DNA of 35,820 nucleotides, taken from a bacterium (lineage in GTDB: Bacteria; Eisenbacteria; RBG-16-71-46). Each line of letters opens with the position of its first letter. The stretch's first letter is position 1. Under the pieces are notes generated by a model. That model did not search any database and was not told where the DNA came from. It saw only the letters and a list, made by a program, of their open reading frames with translations. The stretch spans positions 1 through 35,820 of the forward strand of contig JAYWEM010000137.1 of NCBI GenBank assembly GCA_043779265.1, given 5' to 3'. A program made the position numbers and the translations under genes. Of the stretch, positions 1 to 8,808 are shown piece after piece.

Positions 1-1283
1 GGAACCGATTCCGGGACTCCGAACGCGTGCGCGCTGTGCATGCGCTGCGCGCTTCCGCGAGCCACAACTGGTCCGAGAGTGAGTCATCGAGTCGCTACGA
101 TGGGTTCGGCTGGGCCGGACCGTACTCGGCGCAGGAGCGCACCGGAGTCCTTGGCGATCAAGGGTTCGCGAGTGCTCTCGCTGCGAGTGAGTGGGTGTTC
201 TCTCCGAGCCCGACGGCATGGTCGCCCCGGATCGCGGCTCGGGCAGAGGGCGCATGGCTCCGCCGTCGAAGTGGTTCGCGCCGTACATGGCTCACTTCGG
301 ACACGCTCGGGGGCAGATCGTCGCTCTCCGAGTATTCAAGCGTCGAGCGTTCGGCCAACTACGCAGCGGCCCTCGATCTTGGGCTCAGCCGGGGGCGTGT
401 GCGAGATGTGACCGGCGTCTTCGTCGCACGCCTGCTGGTGGAGCGGATGACTGCCGACGGCCGTCTCGAGCGGGAACCTTCGCTTGATGCGATGCGACGC
501 CTGGCCGCGATCCTCCACGTGGCGCCGGGATTCGGAGCTGTACACGAGCTACCCGACAAGTTCCTGTGGCGCGAACTGGAGCGGGTCATCCAGGAGGATG
601 GTGCAGTGAGTGTCCGCGGATTCGATGCGTACGACCTGCTGCATGCGCGCGAACCCATCGTCGTGGCCGCGGGGCGATTCGCTCGCTCGAGTGGCTGGCA
701 GGTCGGGCCTCTGGTTCGCTACGAACACTCCAACCGAATCGGTCGTGAGAGCCGCAGCGAGGTCCGCCGGAGCACCCAAGCAGACAGCGTGACCTACAAC
801 TTCGAGTACTCACGCTCTTGGCGCAGCGGGGGCGGCGATGACGACGTCCAGGCTGGTATCCAAGCGGAGTGGCATCGCCCCTTGGGGCTCCGGACGCAGG
901 TCGATCTGGTCGCGGAGGCGGTGTTCGCGGTGGGCACGCCGGATGAGCGGACCGATATCGCGTCTCGACTCACGCTCGGGCGCCTGATCGATGAGCGCCG
1001 GTTCCTCGCCGCCTCGGCGAGTCACAATCGGAACTTCGATGATGAACACGAGGGCAGGTCCAGTTGGGCCACGCAGCTCGAGATCAGTGCCCGCTACCAC
1101 CTCGAGGATCGATGGAGCCTCGATCTCACCCTGATCCAGCGGCAAGGGCGCGATACCGCCCGCCTGTTCTACTACTACGGAGCCGACTTCCAGCGCTCGA
1201 CCACTCTGACGCTCGGCATCTCCCGACGCAGCGGTGCCTTCAACGCCCCCGGCCTCATCGACCCCGTGCGCCCGCTGAACTAG
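1..1283 (+). CDS. Hypothetical protein, probably an outer-membrane beta-barrel (5' end truncated by the window)
   Basis: Frame is open from the window edge to TAG at 1281-1283. Many amphipathic beta-strand-like segments (WQVGPLVRYEH, VQAGIQAEW, WSLDLTLIQ, TLTLGISRR). Followed by a strong hairpin. No family recognised. Confidence 0.6.
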   Translation, partial: NRFRDSERVRAVHALRASASHNWSESESSSRYDGFGWAGPYSAQERTGVLGDQGFASALAASEWVFSPSPTAWSPRIAARAEGAWLRRRSGSRRTWLTSDTLGGRSSLSEYSSVERSANYAAALDLGLSRGRVRDVTGVFVARLLVERMTADGRLEREPSLDAMRRLAAILHVAPGFGAVHELPDKFLWRELERVIQEDGAVSVRGFDAYDLLHAREPIVVAAGRFARSSGWQVGPLVRYEHSNRIGRESRSEVRRSTQADSVTYNFEYSRSWRSGGGDDDVQAGIQAEWHRPLGLRTQVDLVAEAVFAVGTPDERTDIASRLTLGRLIDERRFLAASASHNRNFDDEHEGRSSWATQLEISARYHLEDRWSLDLTLIQRQGRDTARLFYYYGADFQRSTTLTLGISRRSGAFNAPGLIDPVRPLN

Positions 1284-1293
1284 CCGGACGCGC

Positions 1294-1327
1294 GCGACCC
1301 CACGGGCTCGGGCGCCCGTGGGGTCGC
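1294..1327. terminator. Perfect 14-bp-stem hairpin between convergent genes, likely a bidirectional terminator
   Basis: GCGACCCCACGGGC (1294-1307), loop TCGGGC, GCCCGTGGGGTCGC (1314-1327). Lies between stops at 1283 (+) and 1333 (-). No long U tract. Confidence 0.7.
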
Positions 1328-1332
1328 ATGCT

Positions 1333-2640
1333 TCAGTGAGCTGAGCCGCTCTGCCTGGGCCGCGCGTTCCACAGGAACAGCATCAGGATCGCGCCGGCCA
1401 GCGCGAAGCCGATCATGCTCGGGCCCCATGCGCCCCAGCCGTGGCGCTCGAGCAGCCAGCCCAGGCCGATGCCCGTGAACGAACCGCCCACGTACTGCAT
1501 GCCGTCGAACATGCCGGCGGCGGTGGCGGCGGCACGCTTGCCGCCGAAGTCCATCGAGGCGGTGCCCGAGAGCATCGAGTGCACCATCGAGATGGCCAGC
1601 GAGTTCATGGTGAAGGCGAAGATCACCCACTCGATGCTCGGGGCCTTCCAGACGATCGCCAGTGCGATCGCCATGAGCACGAAGCCGATGAAGGCGACGG
1701 GCGGCCGTCGGTGGCCGAACAGCTTGTCCGATGCGAACCCGGCGATGAATGCACCCGCGATGCCGGCGATCACCACCGAGGCGGCGCCCTTCTGGAACAT
1801 CGGACTGTCGAACGGCAGGTTCTGCACTTCCTGCATGTAGCGCGGGAACCACTGCTCGAAACCGTGCCGCACGAATCCGGTGCAGAACTCGGCGATGGCG
1901 ATGGTGATGGCGATCGGGTTGGTGAACACCTTGCGGGCCACGTAGCTGAACGTGATCTTCTCGGTGTCACCGCTCGTCGCATCCTGCGGGTCGAAGTCGG
2001 GGAGCCCCGCGTCCTTCGGCGAGTCCTGCACGACCTTGTAGGTGAAGAACGCCATGACCCCTGTGCAGATGGCCGGAAGGAAGAACTTCCACTCCCACGG
2101 CAGCATCACCATGAACGTGGTGGCCATCAGGAAGTAGACGAGCGCCCGTCCGCTCTGGATCATCGAGCCGAAGATGGCCGAGAACACGCCACGCTCGCTG
2201 ACATGGAACCAGCCGCTGTTCACCTTGATCAGGGCGAGTGCGCTGTAGCTCTGGAAGTACATGTTGAGCGTCCACATCGAGGCCAGGAAGCCGAGCAGCA
2301 CCGTGCCGGTGCCGAGGAATCCCAGGTAGGCGCCCAGCCCGAAGGCGATATTGAAGATCGTGGCACCCACGGCGCCGATGATCATCGCCTTGCGACCGCC
2401 GATGCGGTCGGCGATCGGGCCGTTGAAGAGCGCCGAGAGCCCGTAGATCAGCGTGGCGGTGCTGATGATGGTGCCGATCTGGGCCTTGTCCCAGCCGTAG
2501 GTGTCGGAGAGCGCCTTGTTGGCGAATCCGAAGTTGTAGCGGGCCATGTACATGGCGGCGTAAGTCGTTCCCAGGACCAACCAGTTCTGGGCGCGCCGCT
2601 TCTGGAACTCGGGGCTGTGCTTGATCGAGGCAGTCGCCAT
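1333..2640 (-). CDS. MFS transporter, organophosphate:Pi antiporter (GlpT/UhpT/OPA) family
   Basis: About 12 TM segments. YAAMYMARYNF at TM1, motif A GPIADRIGGRK, WFHVSERG, AGFASDKLFGHRR, AAATAAGMFDGMQYVG. ATG at 2640 preceded by GGAGAG. Confidence 0.88.
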   Translation of the reverse strand: MATASIKHSPEFQKRRAQNWLVLGTTYAAMYMARYNFGFANKALSDTYGWDKAQIGTIISTATLIYGLSALFNGPIADRIGGRKAMIIGAVGATIFNIAFGLGAYLGFLGTGTVLLGFLASMWTLNMYFQSYSALALIKVNSGWFHVSERGVFSAIFGSMIQSGRALVYFLMATTFMVMLPWEWKFFLPAICTGVMAFFTYKVVQDSPKDAGLPDFDPQDATSGDTEKITFSYVARKVFTNPIAITIAIAEFCTGFVRHGFEQWFPRYMQEVQNLPFDSPMFQKGAASVVIAGIAGAFIAGFASDKLFGHRRPPVAFIGFVLMAIALAIVWKAPSIEWVIFAFTMNSLAISMVHSMLSGTASMDFGGKRAAATAAGMFDGMQYVGGSFTGIGLGWLLERHGWGAWGPSMIGFALAGAILMLFLWNARPRQSGSAH

Positions 2641-2759
2641 GGGCTCTCCGGACGGGATCCGCCCGGCCGAGAGCGGCCGGGGCGAGCAATGCATCGGGCG
2701 TGTGTAAGCCCGGCGGACCCCGCGGGTCAAGCCTTCTCGTGCGGCCGCGTCAGCGCGGG

Positions 2760-3527
2760 CTACGAGCCGATGCGCTCGCGGAGCTGGCGGGCGCGGGCCC
2801 TCGCGACTGGCAATTCGGTCCCCGCGGGGTCGTCGAGTTGCAGCCGCCAGGTGCCCGCCATGGCGGGCCGCATCGCGGCCGCGTGGTCGAGTGCGGCGAT
2901 GGCCGAGCGGTGGATCCGGAAGAATCGCGCCGGATCGAGGCGATCCTCCAGCTCATCGAGCGTGAAGTTGACGTAGTGGCGGGCGTCTCGGGTCGCGGCG
3001 AAGACGAGCTTCTCCTCGGCTCCGAACCACAGCACATCCTCCACCTTGAGGATCAGCTGCCGCAGCCCGAGCCGCACGGTGAATCGTTCCAGGTGCCGCG
3101 TGGCGGGCTGACCGATCTGCTCGAGCAGGCTCTCCAACTGACGCACGCGTTCCTCGGGCCGCTGCCTCAGATCGCGCACGCGCTCGATCGCGGCGGCGAG
3201 GCGTTCGATCCGGAAGGGCTTGAGCAGGTAGTCGACGGCGCTCGCCTCGAACGCCTGCACGGCGTACTGATCGTAGGCTGTCGTGAACACGATGGCCGGC
3301 CGATACGTGAGCAACGGCAGGAGCGAGAAGCCGTCGCCGCCCGGCATCTGCACATCGAGCAGCAGCAGATCCGGGTGGGTGGACTCGACCAATCGCAGCG
3401 CCTCGGCGACCGATCCGGCCTCACCCAGTTGCTCGATGCCGCCGACCTCGGCGAGCAGCCGCTTGAGTCGGGCCCTCGCCGGCGGCTCGTCATCCACGAC
3501 CACTGCCGTCAGCGCTCGCTCGCTCAT
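2760..3527 (-). CDS. LytTR-family response regulator
   Basis: Receiver motifs VVDDEPPAR, LLDVQMP, FTTAYDQYAVQAFE, DYLLKP. LytTR DNA-binding motif LEDRLDPARFFRIHRSAI. Start taken as the ATG at 3527. Confidence 0.95.
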   Translation of the reverse strand: MSERALTAVVVDDEPPARARLKRLLAEVGGIEQLGEAGSVAEALRLVESTHPDLLLLDVQMPGGDGFSLLPLLTYRPAIVFTTAYDQYAVQAFEASAVDYLLKPFRIERLAAAIERVRDLRQRPEERVRQLESLLEQIGQPATRHLERFTVRLGLRQLILKVEDVLWFGAEEKLVFAATRDARHYVNFTLDELEDRLDPARFFRIHRSAIAALDHAAAMRPAMAGTWRLQLDDPAGTELPVARARARQLRERIGS

Positions 3528-3537
3528 GCCGCAGCTT

Positions 3538-5742
3538 CTACCACGACAGCGAGGCTCCCGCCACGAGCATGCGGCGGCTGAAGTAGGACTCGACCTTGCG
3601 GCGCTCGGAATAGTCCTCGCTGTACCAGTAGTCGAGCACGTTGCGGATCCCGAGGATGTTGAGTCCTTCGACGTAGAACACACACACGTTGCTGGCTCGC
3701 AGACTGCCGGTCTGCGGCAGCGAGAACAGGCGCATCACGCGCAGATCGACGCGGTGGTAGGCCGGCATCCGGCCGCTGCGAGCCTCTCCCATGATGGGAC
3801 TCCAGTGATCCTCGGCGGAATCGTAGGTGGCGCCGAGAATGGGCGTGAAGGGCCGCCCGCTCGTGTGGCTGTAGCGGCCGCCCAGGTGCCACTTGGACGT
3901 GGCCTGATAGCGCTGGACGAGGGTGACCGAGTGCTGCGGGCCCTGCTTGGCGGTCAGCTCGTGCGGGTCATCGCCCTCGCGGCGCTTGGCGTCGAGGTAA
4001 CCGTACGACACCCAGCCATCGAGCCAGCCCTGGCGGCCCTGCACGAGCACATCCACGCCACGCGCGTAGCCATGGCCCTTGGGCGCCCACCAGGTCGCAT
4101 CATCCTGGAGCGCCAAGTCGCGATAGTCCTTGCGATAGGCCTCGAGCCTCAGCGTGCCCTGAGCGGACACCCACTCGTAGCCGGCGATGACGTGATCGGC
4201 GTAGGGCGGTTCGAGCCGCGGATTGCCGTAGCGGGCATCGAGTTGGGCGAGGCTCGGCGGCTGATGGTAGCGGCCGGTCGCGACGCGGATCGTCTGGAAG
4301 TCCCCGAGTCTCAGCGCGAGCGCCGCCCTCGGATCGACGACCCAGCGATCGGCCGCCGAGATCCGCTCGACTCGTGCGCCGAGCGTTCCGTAGAGCGAGC
4401 CGACGAGCCGCATCTTGTCCTCGATGTGCGCCCAGGGTTCGTCGGCGATGCCGCGGACAGCGGCGTAGCGCGTGTCGGCGCCGGGGGAGAGGTCGGTCGA
4501 ATCCAGTGCGGCCGGCCCGCCGCGATCGAAAGCGCGTCGCCGCCAGCCGAGGCCGAACGACAGCTCATTGCGCTGCGAGCCCGGCCACACTCCATCGAGG
4601 CTGGCGATGGTCTGCCGCTCGACCCCTTGCTGGCCGAAGTCCGAGAAGCTCCACGCATCGCGGAACCGCTGCGTCGTCAGGTTGGCCTTGAGCGCGACCT
4701 TGCCCGCGGCGACATCGGTGAGATTGAGGGCCCAGAACTGGTTATGCACCCGCGAGGCGTAGTCCGACTCGACCGCCAGCGCCTGCGAGACGACCGAGAG
4801 CCGTTCGGTGCTCTGCAGACTCAGCAGCGACAGCCGTCCGGTCGGTGAATAGCGGTAGATCAACTTGCCGATGCCGTTCCACGAGCTCGGTGCCTCCTCG
4901 AACTCGCTGGCGCTGCCATAGAGCTTGAACAGCATGCGCGGGTCCCCTCGGGCCACGCTGACGATGCCGGCCAACTTGTCGGGGATCAGCGACCACGTGC
5001 TCGCGAACGAGCCACCGGCCAGGTTGGCGCCGAGGGAGACCGAGCGCTCGTTCATCGGGTCGCGCGTCTCGATGTCGAGCACGCCCGACATGCCGCCGCC
5101 GTAGCGCGCGCCGAATCCGCCGCTCGAGAAGAACGCGCTCTGGAGCAGATAGGTGTCCATGATGCTGAAGAGCCCGCCCGAGGCACCCTCGTACTGGTAG
5201 GGGTGTCCGATGTCGGCGCCGTCCAGCCGGATCACGGTCTCGCTCGGATCGCCGCCTCGCACGAACAACGCAGCGCCCTCGGTCGGCGCATTGATGCCGG
5301 GGAGTGCACGCAGCGATTGGAACAGGTCCGCCGCGCCTCCCGGTGTCATGTACACATCGGCGCGGCGGACGACTGCGCCCTCGCCCTGACCGGTCTTGCC
5401 GAACGACGAGGCCTGCACATGCACCTCGGCGACCGGCACGGGTTCCTCGACGAGCGTGATGCGAAGCGGCGCGAGACCATTGGCGACCTCGAGGCTCTTG
5501 CGAACGAGCTGGTAGCCGAGCTGCGAGACCTCGAGCGTGGCCGGGCCATCCGGGAGGACGAACGAGAATCGCCCCTCCTCATCCGTGATCGCACCGAGTC
5601 GGTGCTGCGGCGAGCGGACGTTCGCGTATTCGATGCCGCGGCCGTCGCGTCCGACGACCCGCCCGGTCAGCCGCGCCGCCTCGGCGGCGGAGGCCGAAGC
5701 GAGGAGCGCGGCGACGAACAGCAACTGCGCACGTGGTCGCAT
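3538..5742 (-). CDS. TonB-dependent outer-membrane receptor with N-terminal carboxypeptidase-regulatory-like domain
   Basis: Signal peptide MRPRAQLL...AEA. N-domain LTGRVVGRDG..IEYANV...TDEEGRF. Plug motif DLFQSLRALPGI...LFVRGG, GGFGARYGGGMSGVLDI. Barrel strands and terminal aromatic W. Start overlaps the upstream stop (TGATG). Confidence 0.92.
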   Translation of the reverse strand: MRPRAQLLFVAALLASASAAEAARLTGRVVGRDGRGIEYANVRSPQHRLGAITDEEGRFSFVLPDGPATLEVSQLGYQLVRKSLEVANGLAPLRITLVEEPVPVAEVHVQASSFGKTGQGEGAVVRRADVYMTPGGAADLFQSLRALPGINAPTEGAALFVRGGDPSETVIRLDGADIGHPYQYEGASGGLFSIMDTYLLQSAFFSSGGFGARYGGGMSGVLDIETRDPMNERSVSLGANLAGGSFASTWSLIPDKLAGIVSVARGDPRMLFKLYGSASEFEEAPSSWNGIGKLIYRYSPTGRLSLLSLQSTERLSVVSQALAVESDYASRVHNQFWALNLTDVAAGKVALKANLTTQRFRDAWSFSDFGQQGVERQTIASLDGVWPGSQRNELSFGLGWRRRAFDRGGPAALDSTDLSPGADTRYAAVRGIADEPWAHIEDKMRLVGSLYGTLGARVERISAADRWVVDPRAALALRLGDFQTIRVATGRYHQPPSLAQLDARYGNPRLEPPYADHVIAGYEWVSAQGTLRLEAYRKDYRDLALQDDATWWAPKGHGYARGVDVLVQGRQGWLDGWVSYGYLDAKRREGDDPHELTAKQGPQHSVTLVQRYQATSKWHLGGRYSHTSGRPFTPILGATYDSAEDHWSPIMGEARSGRMPAYHRVDLRVMRLFSLPQTGSLRASNVCVFYVEGLNILGIRNVLDYWYSEDYSERRKVESYFSRRMLVAGASLSW

Positions 5743-6524
5743 CACTTCTTCTCCAAGGCCAGGGCCTTCTCCGCCTTTGGCAGCAGGACCGCCTTGGCCC
5801 ACCCGTTCAGGGGATCGATCGCGAGCGCGCCGCGGTAGTGCGCCACGGCCTCGGCCAGCTTGCCCTGCTTCTCGGCGCTGCGGCCGGCCCAGATGTGCGC
5901 GTCGACATGTCCCCAGCCGAAGGCCGTGCTATCGAGCGTGGCTTCCGCGGCGGCCAGGGCGATCGCCTTGGCGAACAGCGGCTCGGCCTTGTCGGCGCCG
6001 CCGCCGACGAAGGCCGGCTTGTGCAGCGTGTTCATGCCCGTCAGGAGCGCGACGCGCGGGCTCTTGGGCGCGAGTCCCTCGGCGCGGCCCAGCGAAGCCT
6101 CCATCTCGGGTCCGAGCACCATGCCCGCCATCGGATTGAACGACAGCGAGAGTCCCTGCAGGGCCGCCTTGAGCGCGAACGCCTCGCCCGAGCCGGCATC
6201 CAGCTTGATCGCGCGCCCGATCGCTGCCAGGCCCTCCTCGCACACACGCCTGGCCTCGCCCTTGTCCGCGTCCATCAGCATCGGCGTGGCGCGCCACGAG
6301 GCGAGGGCGACGCCGTAGTGCGGGCGCATGTCCTTGGCGTCATCGAGCGCGAGACCGGCGAACTGGGCGCGAGCGGCCAGCATGAGCTTGACCTCGCCCT
6401 TGCGGACGCCGCCATCGAGCGTACGAAGTGCCGCCGCCAGTGAAGCGTCGTCGGCGGCGAGCGAGGGCGAGACGAGCAACGGGAGTGCGGCGAGCGTCAA
6501 CAGGGCATGGCGGAGCGACTTCAT
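5742..6524 (-). CDS. Secreted tetratricopeptide-repeat (TPR) protein
   Basis: SD AAGGAGG before ATG 6524. Signal peptide ending SLA. TPR-like helices (AIGRAIKLD, EASLGRAEGLAPKSPR, AVAHYRGALAIDPLN) and PAFVGGG loop. Confidence 0.85.
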   Translation of the reverse strand: MKSLRHALLTLAALPLLVSPSLAADDASLAAALRTLDGGVRKGEVKLMLAARAQFAGLALDDAKDMRPHYGVALASWRATPMLMDADKGEARRVCEEGLAAIGRAIKLDAGSGEAFALKAALQGLSLSFNPMAGMVLGPEMEASLGRAEGLAPKSPRVALLTGMNTLHKPAFVGGGADKAEPLFAKAIALAAAEATLDSTAFGWGHVDAHIWAGRSAEKQGKLAEAVAHYRGALAIDPLNGWAKAVLLPKAEKALALEKK

Positions 6525-6535
6525 GGGTGCCTCCT

Positions 6536-7630
6536 TCAACGGGAGCGAAGCGAGTCGGGAGAGAACAGGAGCGGGAGCGTGACGATGGCGCGCGTCCCCG
6601 TGCCGGGAGCGGAATCGAGACGGAATGCGTGCGGCGGGCCGGCGATGCGAAGTCGCTCGCGGACGGACTCGAGCCCGACCCCGTGACCTCGGATGGGGCT
6701 GCCCGGCGTGAAGCCCGGGCCGTCGTCCGCGATCGTGAACTCGATGGAATCCCCGAGGCGCCGAGCCACCAACTTCAGCGTGCCGCCTTCGGTTCGGTCG
6801 GCGACGGCGTAGCGCACGGCGTTCTCGATCAGCGGCTGCAGCAGCAGGCTCGGAACCAGCGCGTGCTCGAGTCCCGGTTCGATGGACTCCTCGACGCGAA
6901 GGCGGCTGCCGAGGCGCACGCGCTCGATGGCGAGGTAGTCGCGCAGGAACGCCAGCTCGTCCGAGAAGCGCTGATGGTCGCGTTCGGCGGACGAGAGCGC
7001 GTAGCGGAACTGGTCGGCGAGCCGGGTGACGATGTCCTCGGCGACCGCGGGGTCATCGGGGATGAGCGAGGCGATCGCGTTGAGCGTGTTGAACAGGAAG
7101 TGCGGATTGATCTGCGCTCGCAGCGCCCGCAACTCGGCCTGGGCCAGTTCGGCTCGCATGCGCTCGATCTGCACCGCTCGCTCGACGGCCTGCCGGTAGA
7201 AGACGCGGGCGTAGATGATGCCGCCGACCAGCATCGTGAAGATGAGCGAGAACAGCCCCGTGGTCACCCAACCGGTGCCATCGCCCAGGAATCCCCGGGC
7301 GACGAAACGATCGACGATCACACCCGCCAGCAGCGAGCCGATCATCGAGGCGCCGAGGAACACCGCGGCCTCGGGCATCCAGTCGCGGGTGCGGTCGCGC
7401 TGCGAGGCACGCACGCTCGGGATCAGGATGCGTGCGGCGGCGAGGATGGTGAAGTGGATGGTGTACGAGAAGACGAGCGAGATGCGGAACGAGACGATAT
7501 AGCGCTCCACGCCGCCGCCGAAGATCGTCCCGAAGAACAGGGCGAACGGCACGGACCATAGGAACGGTTTCCACAGGAAGTCGAACAGCGTGCGAATGAG
7601 CGGGCGCGTCGAAGACAGGTAGGTTCCCAT
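6536..7630 (-). CDS. LytS/YehU-type sensor histidine kinase with 4 N-terminal TM helices
   Basis: Diagnostic ALRAQINPHFLFNTLNAI H-box, LQPLIENAV N-box, DDGPG, GVGLESVRERL. Start could be 7642 or 7630. Confidence 0.95.
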   Translation of the reverse strand: MGTYLSSTRPLIRTLFDFLWKPFLWSVPFALFFGTIFGGGVERYIVSFRISLVFSYTIHFTILAAARILIPSVRASQRDRTRDWMPEAAVFLGASMIGSLLAGVIVDRFVARGFLGDGTGWVTTGLFSLIFTMLVGGIIYARVFYRQAVERAVQIERMRAELAQAELRALRAQINPHFLFNTLNAIASLIPDDPAVAEDIVTRLADQFRYALSSAERDHQRFSDELAFLRDYLAIERVRLGSRLRVEESIEPGLEHALVPSLLLQPLIENAVRYAVADRTEGGTLKLVARRLGDSIEFTIADDGPGFTPGSPIRGHGVGLESVRERLRIAGPPHAFRLDSAPGTGTRAIVTLPLLFSPDSLRSR

Positions 7631-7676
7631 GGGAGGAACCATCGCCTGATTCGCCGCGGCCCGGAACGCCTTCCCG

Positions 7677-7708
7677 CCGGATGGTCGCGAGAGGCCGATG
7701 AGCGGTCG
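7677..7708 (-). promoter_or_regulatory. Putative LytTR-type direct-repeat operator upstream of the kinase operon
   Basis: Minus strand CGACCGCTCAT and CGACCATCCGG, 21 bp apart. LytTR proteins bind imperfect direct repeats with roughly this period. Confidence 0.35.
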
Positions 7709-7733
7709 ACCCGGCCTTGGCCGGGAACCGACG

Positions 7734-8801
7734 TCAGATCGTCGAGGGCTCGGTGATGCGAAGCACCATGACGGTGACGTCGTCCTGCGGCTCGATGCCG
7801 GCGAGAAACGACCGCAGTCCGGTCAGCACCTGCTCGACCTGTTCCCTCGCACTCAATCGGGCCGGGATCCCCGAGAGCAGCGCCGCCAGGCGCTCATCGC
7901 CGAACATCTCGCCATCGGCGCGGATCAACACGGGTGGGTTGTGACCCGCGTTGACCGAGCGGAACACGAGATCTCGCTCGTGGATCGCCGCGAGGAAGAA
8001 CGTGGCGAATTGTCCGGTGATGGCGCGCTGGCAGACGAGCGAGTTGATTCCGGTCATCACCTCGGAGAGCGATCGGTCGGTCGTGGCGTGCGTTCGGTGA
8101 GCCGCCTGCAGCATCGGGGACAGCAGCGCCGCGGGCACGCCCTTGCCCGAGACATCGGCAACCGCGAGGAGCGCGCCATCCTCACCGAGTGGCACGACGT
8201 CGTGGAAGTCGCCGCTCACCTGACGCGAGGACAGGTCGACGGCATGCACCTCGAGCTTCGGGCGGCACGGGAACTCCGAGAGCAGGAACGACTCCTGGAT
8301 GCGGCGGGCCAGCGTGAGCTCGCGTTCGGCGCCGGCTCGATCGACGGCTCGTCGGTGGTACGTGAAGGCGAGCCCGAAGCCCACGAACAGAGATGCGAAC
8401 AACATGGAGAACACGAGGACGTACAGAACGGCGCGCGGGCTGCCCATGAATCCGGGCAGCATCGTGGAGCTGAGGATCACCGCCACCATGACTGCACCCA
8501 GCATTCCGATCAGGCCATAGGCGATGCCGATGAAGAGCGTGCCCCTCGGGTGCTCGTGGAGGAATCGGATGCGCGGGACGCCGAACCACTCGAAGGCCCA
8601 GATCGGAAGTCTCGCGCCGAAGGCGAAGCAGACGGAGATGATCCCGTACTGCCACCAGTCCTCCAGGCCACCGCCACCGATCAGCAGGAAGAACGCGGCG
8701 AACGGGGCTGCGAACAGCGGCGTGGTCCACACGACCCGCCACAGGTCGCTCCACGCATGGGACGGCTTGGCGGGGAGTTGCCGCATCGACTCGGTGGCCA
8801 C
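7734..8801 (-). CDS. Membrane-anchored SpoIIE/RsbU-like PP2C phosphatase with an internal deletion, probably catalytically inactive
   Basis: ARRIQESFL, VSGDFHD, VADVSGKGVPAAL, NAGHNPP and QDDVT are present. The segment carrying LYTDG..EA is absent (NPPVLIRADG joins directly to EMFGDERL). Confidence 0.8.
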   Translation of the reverse strand: MATESMRQLPAKPSHAWSDLWRVVWTTPLFAAPFAAFFLLIGGGGLEDWWQYGIISVCFAFGARLPIWAFEWFGVPRIRFLHEHPRGTLFIGIAYGLIGMLGAVMVAVILSSTMLPGFMGSPRAVLYVLVFSMLFASLFVGFGLAFTYHRRAVDRAGAERELTLARRIQESFLLSEFPCRPKLEVHAVDLSSRQVSGDFHDVVPLGEDGALLAVADVSGKGVPAALLSPMLQAAHRTHATTDRSLSEVMTGINSLVCQRAITGQFATFFLAAIHERDLVFRSVNAGHNPPVLIRADGEMFGDERLAALLSGIPARLSAREQVEQVLTGLRSFLAGIEPQDDVTVMVLRITEPSTI

Positions 8802-8808
8802 GATCCGC

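Noticed and set aside
1441..4848. Plus-strand ORFs of 511, 293 and 521 aa
   Set aside because: Antisense to the well-supported MFS, LytTR and TonB receptor genes.
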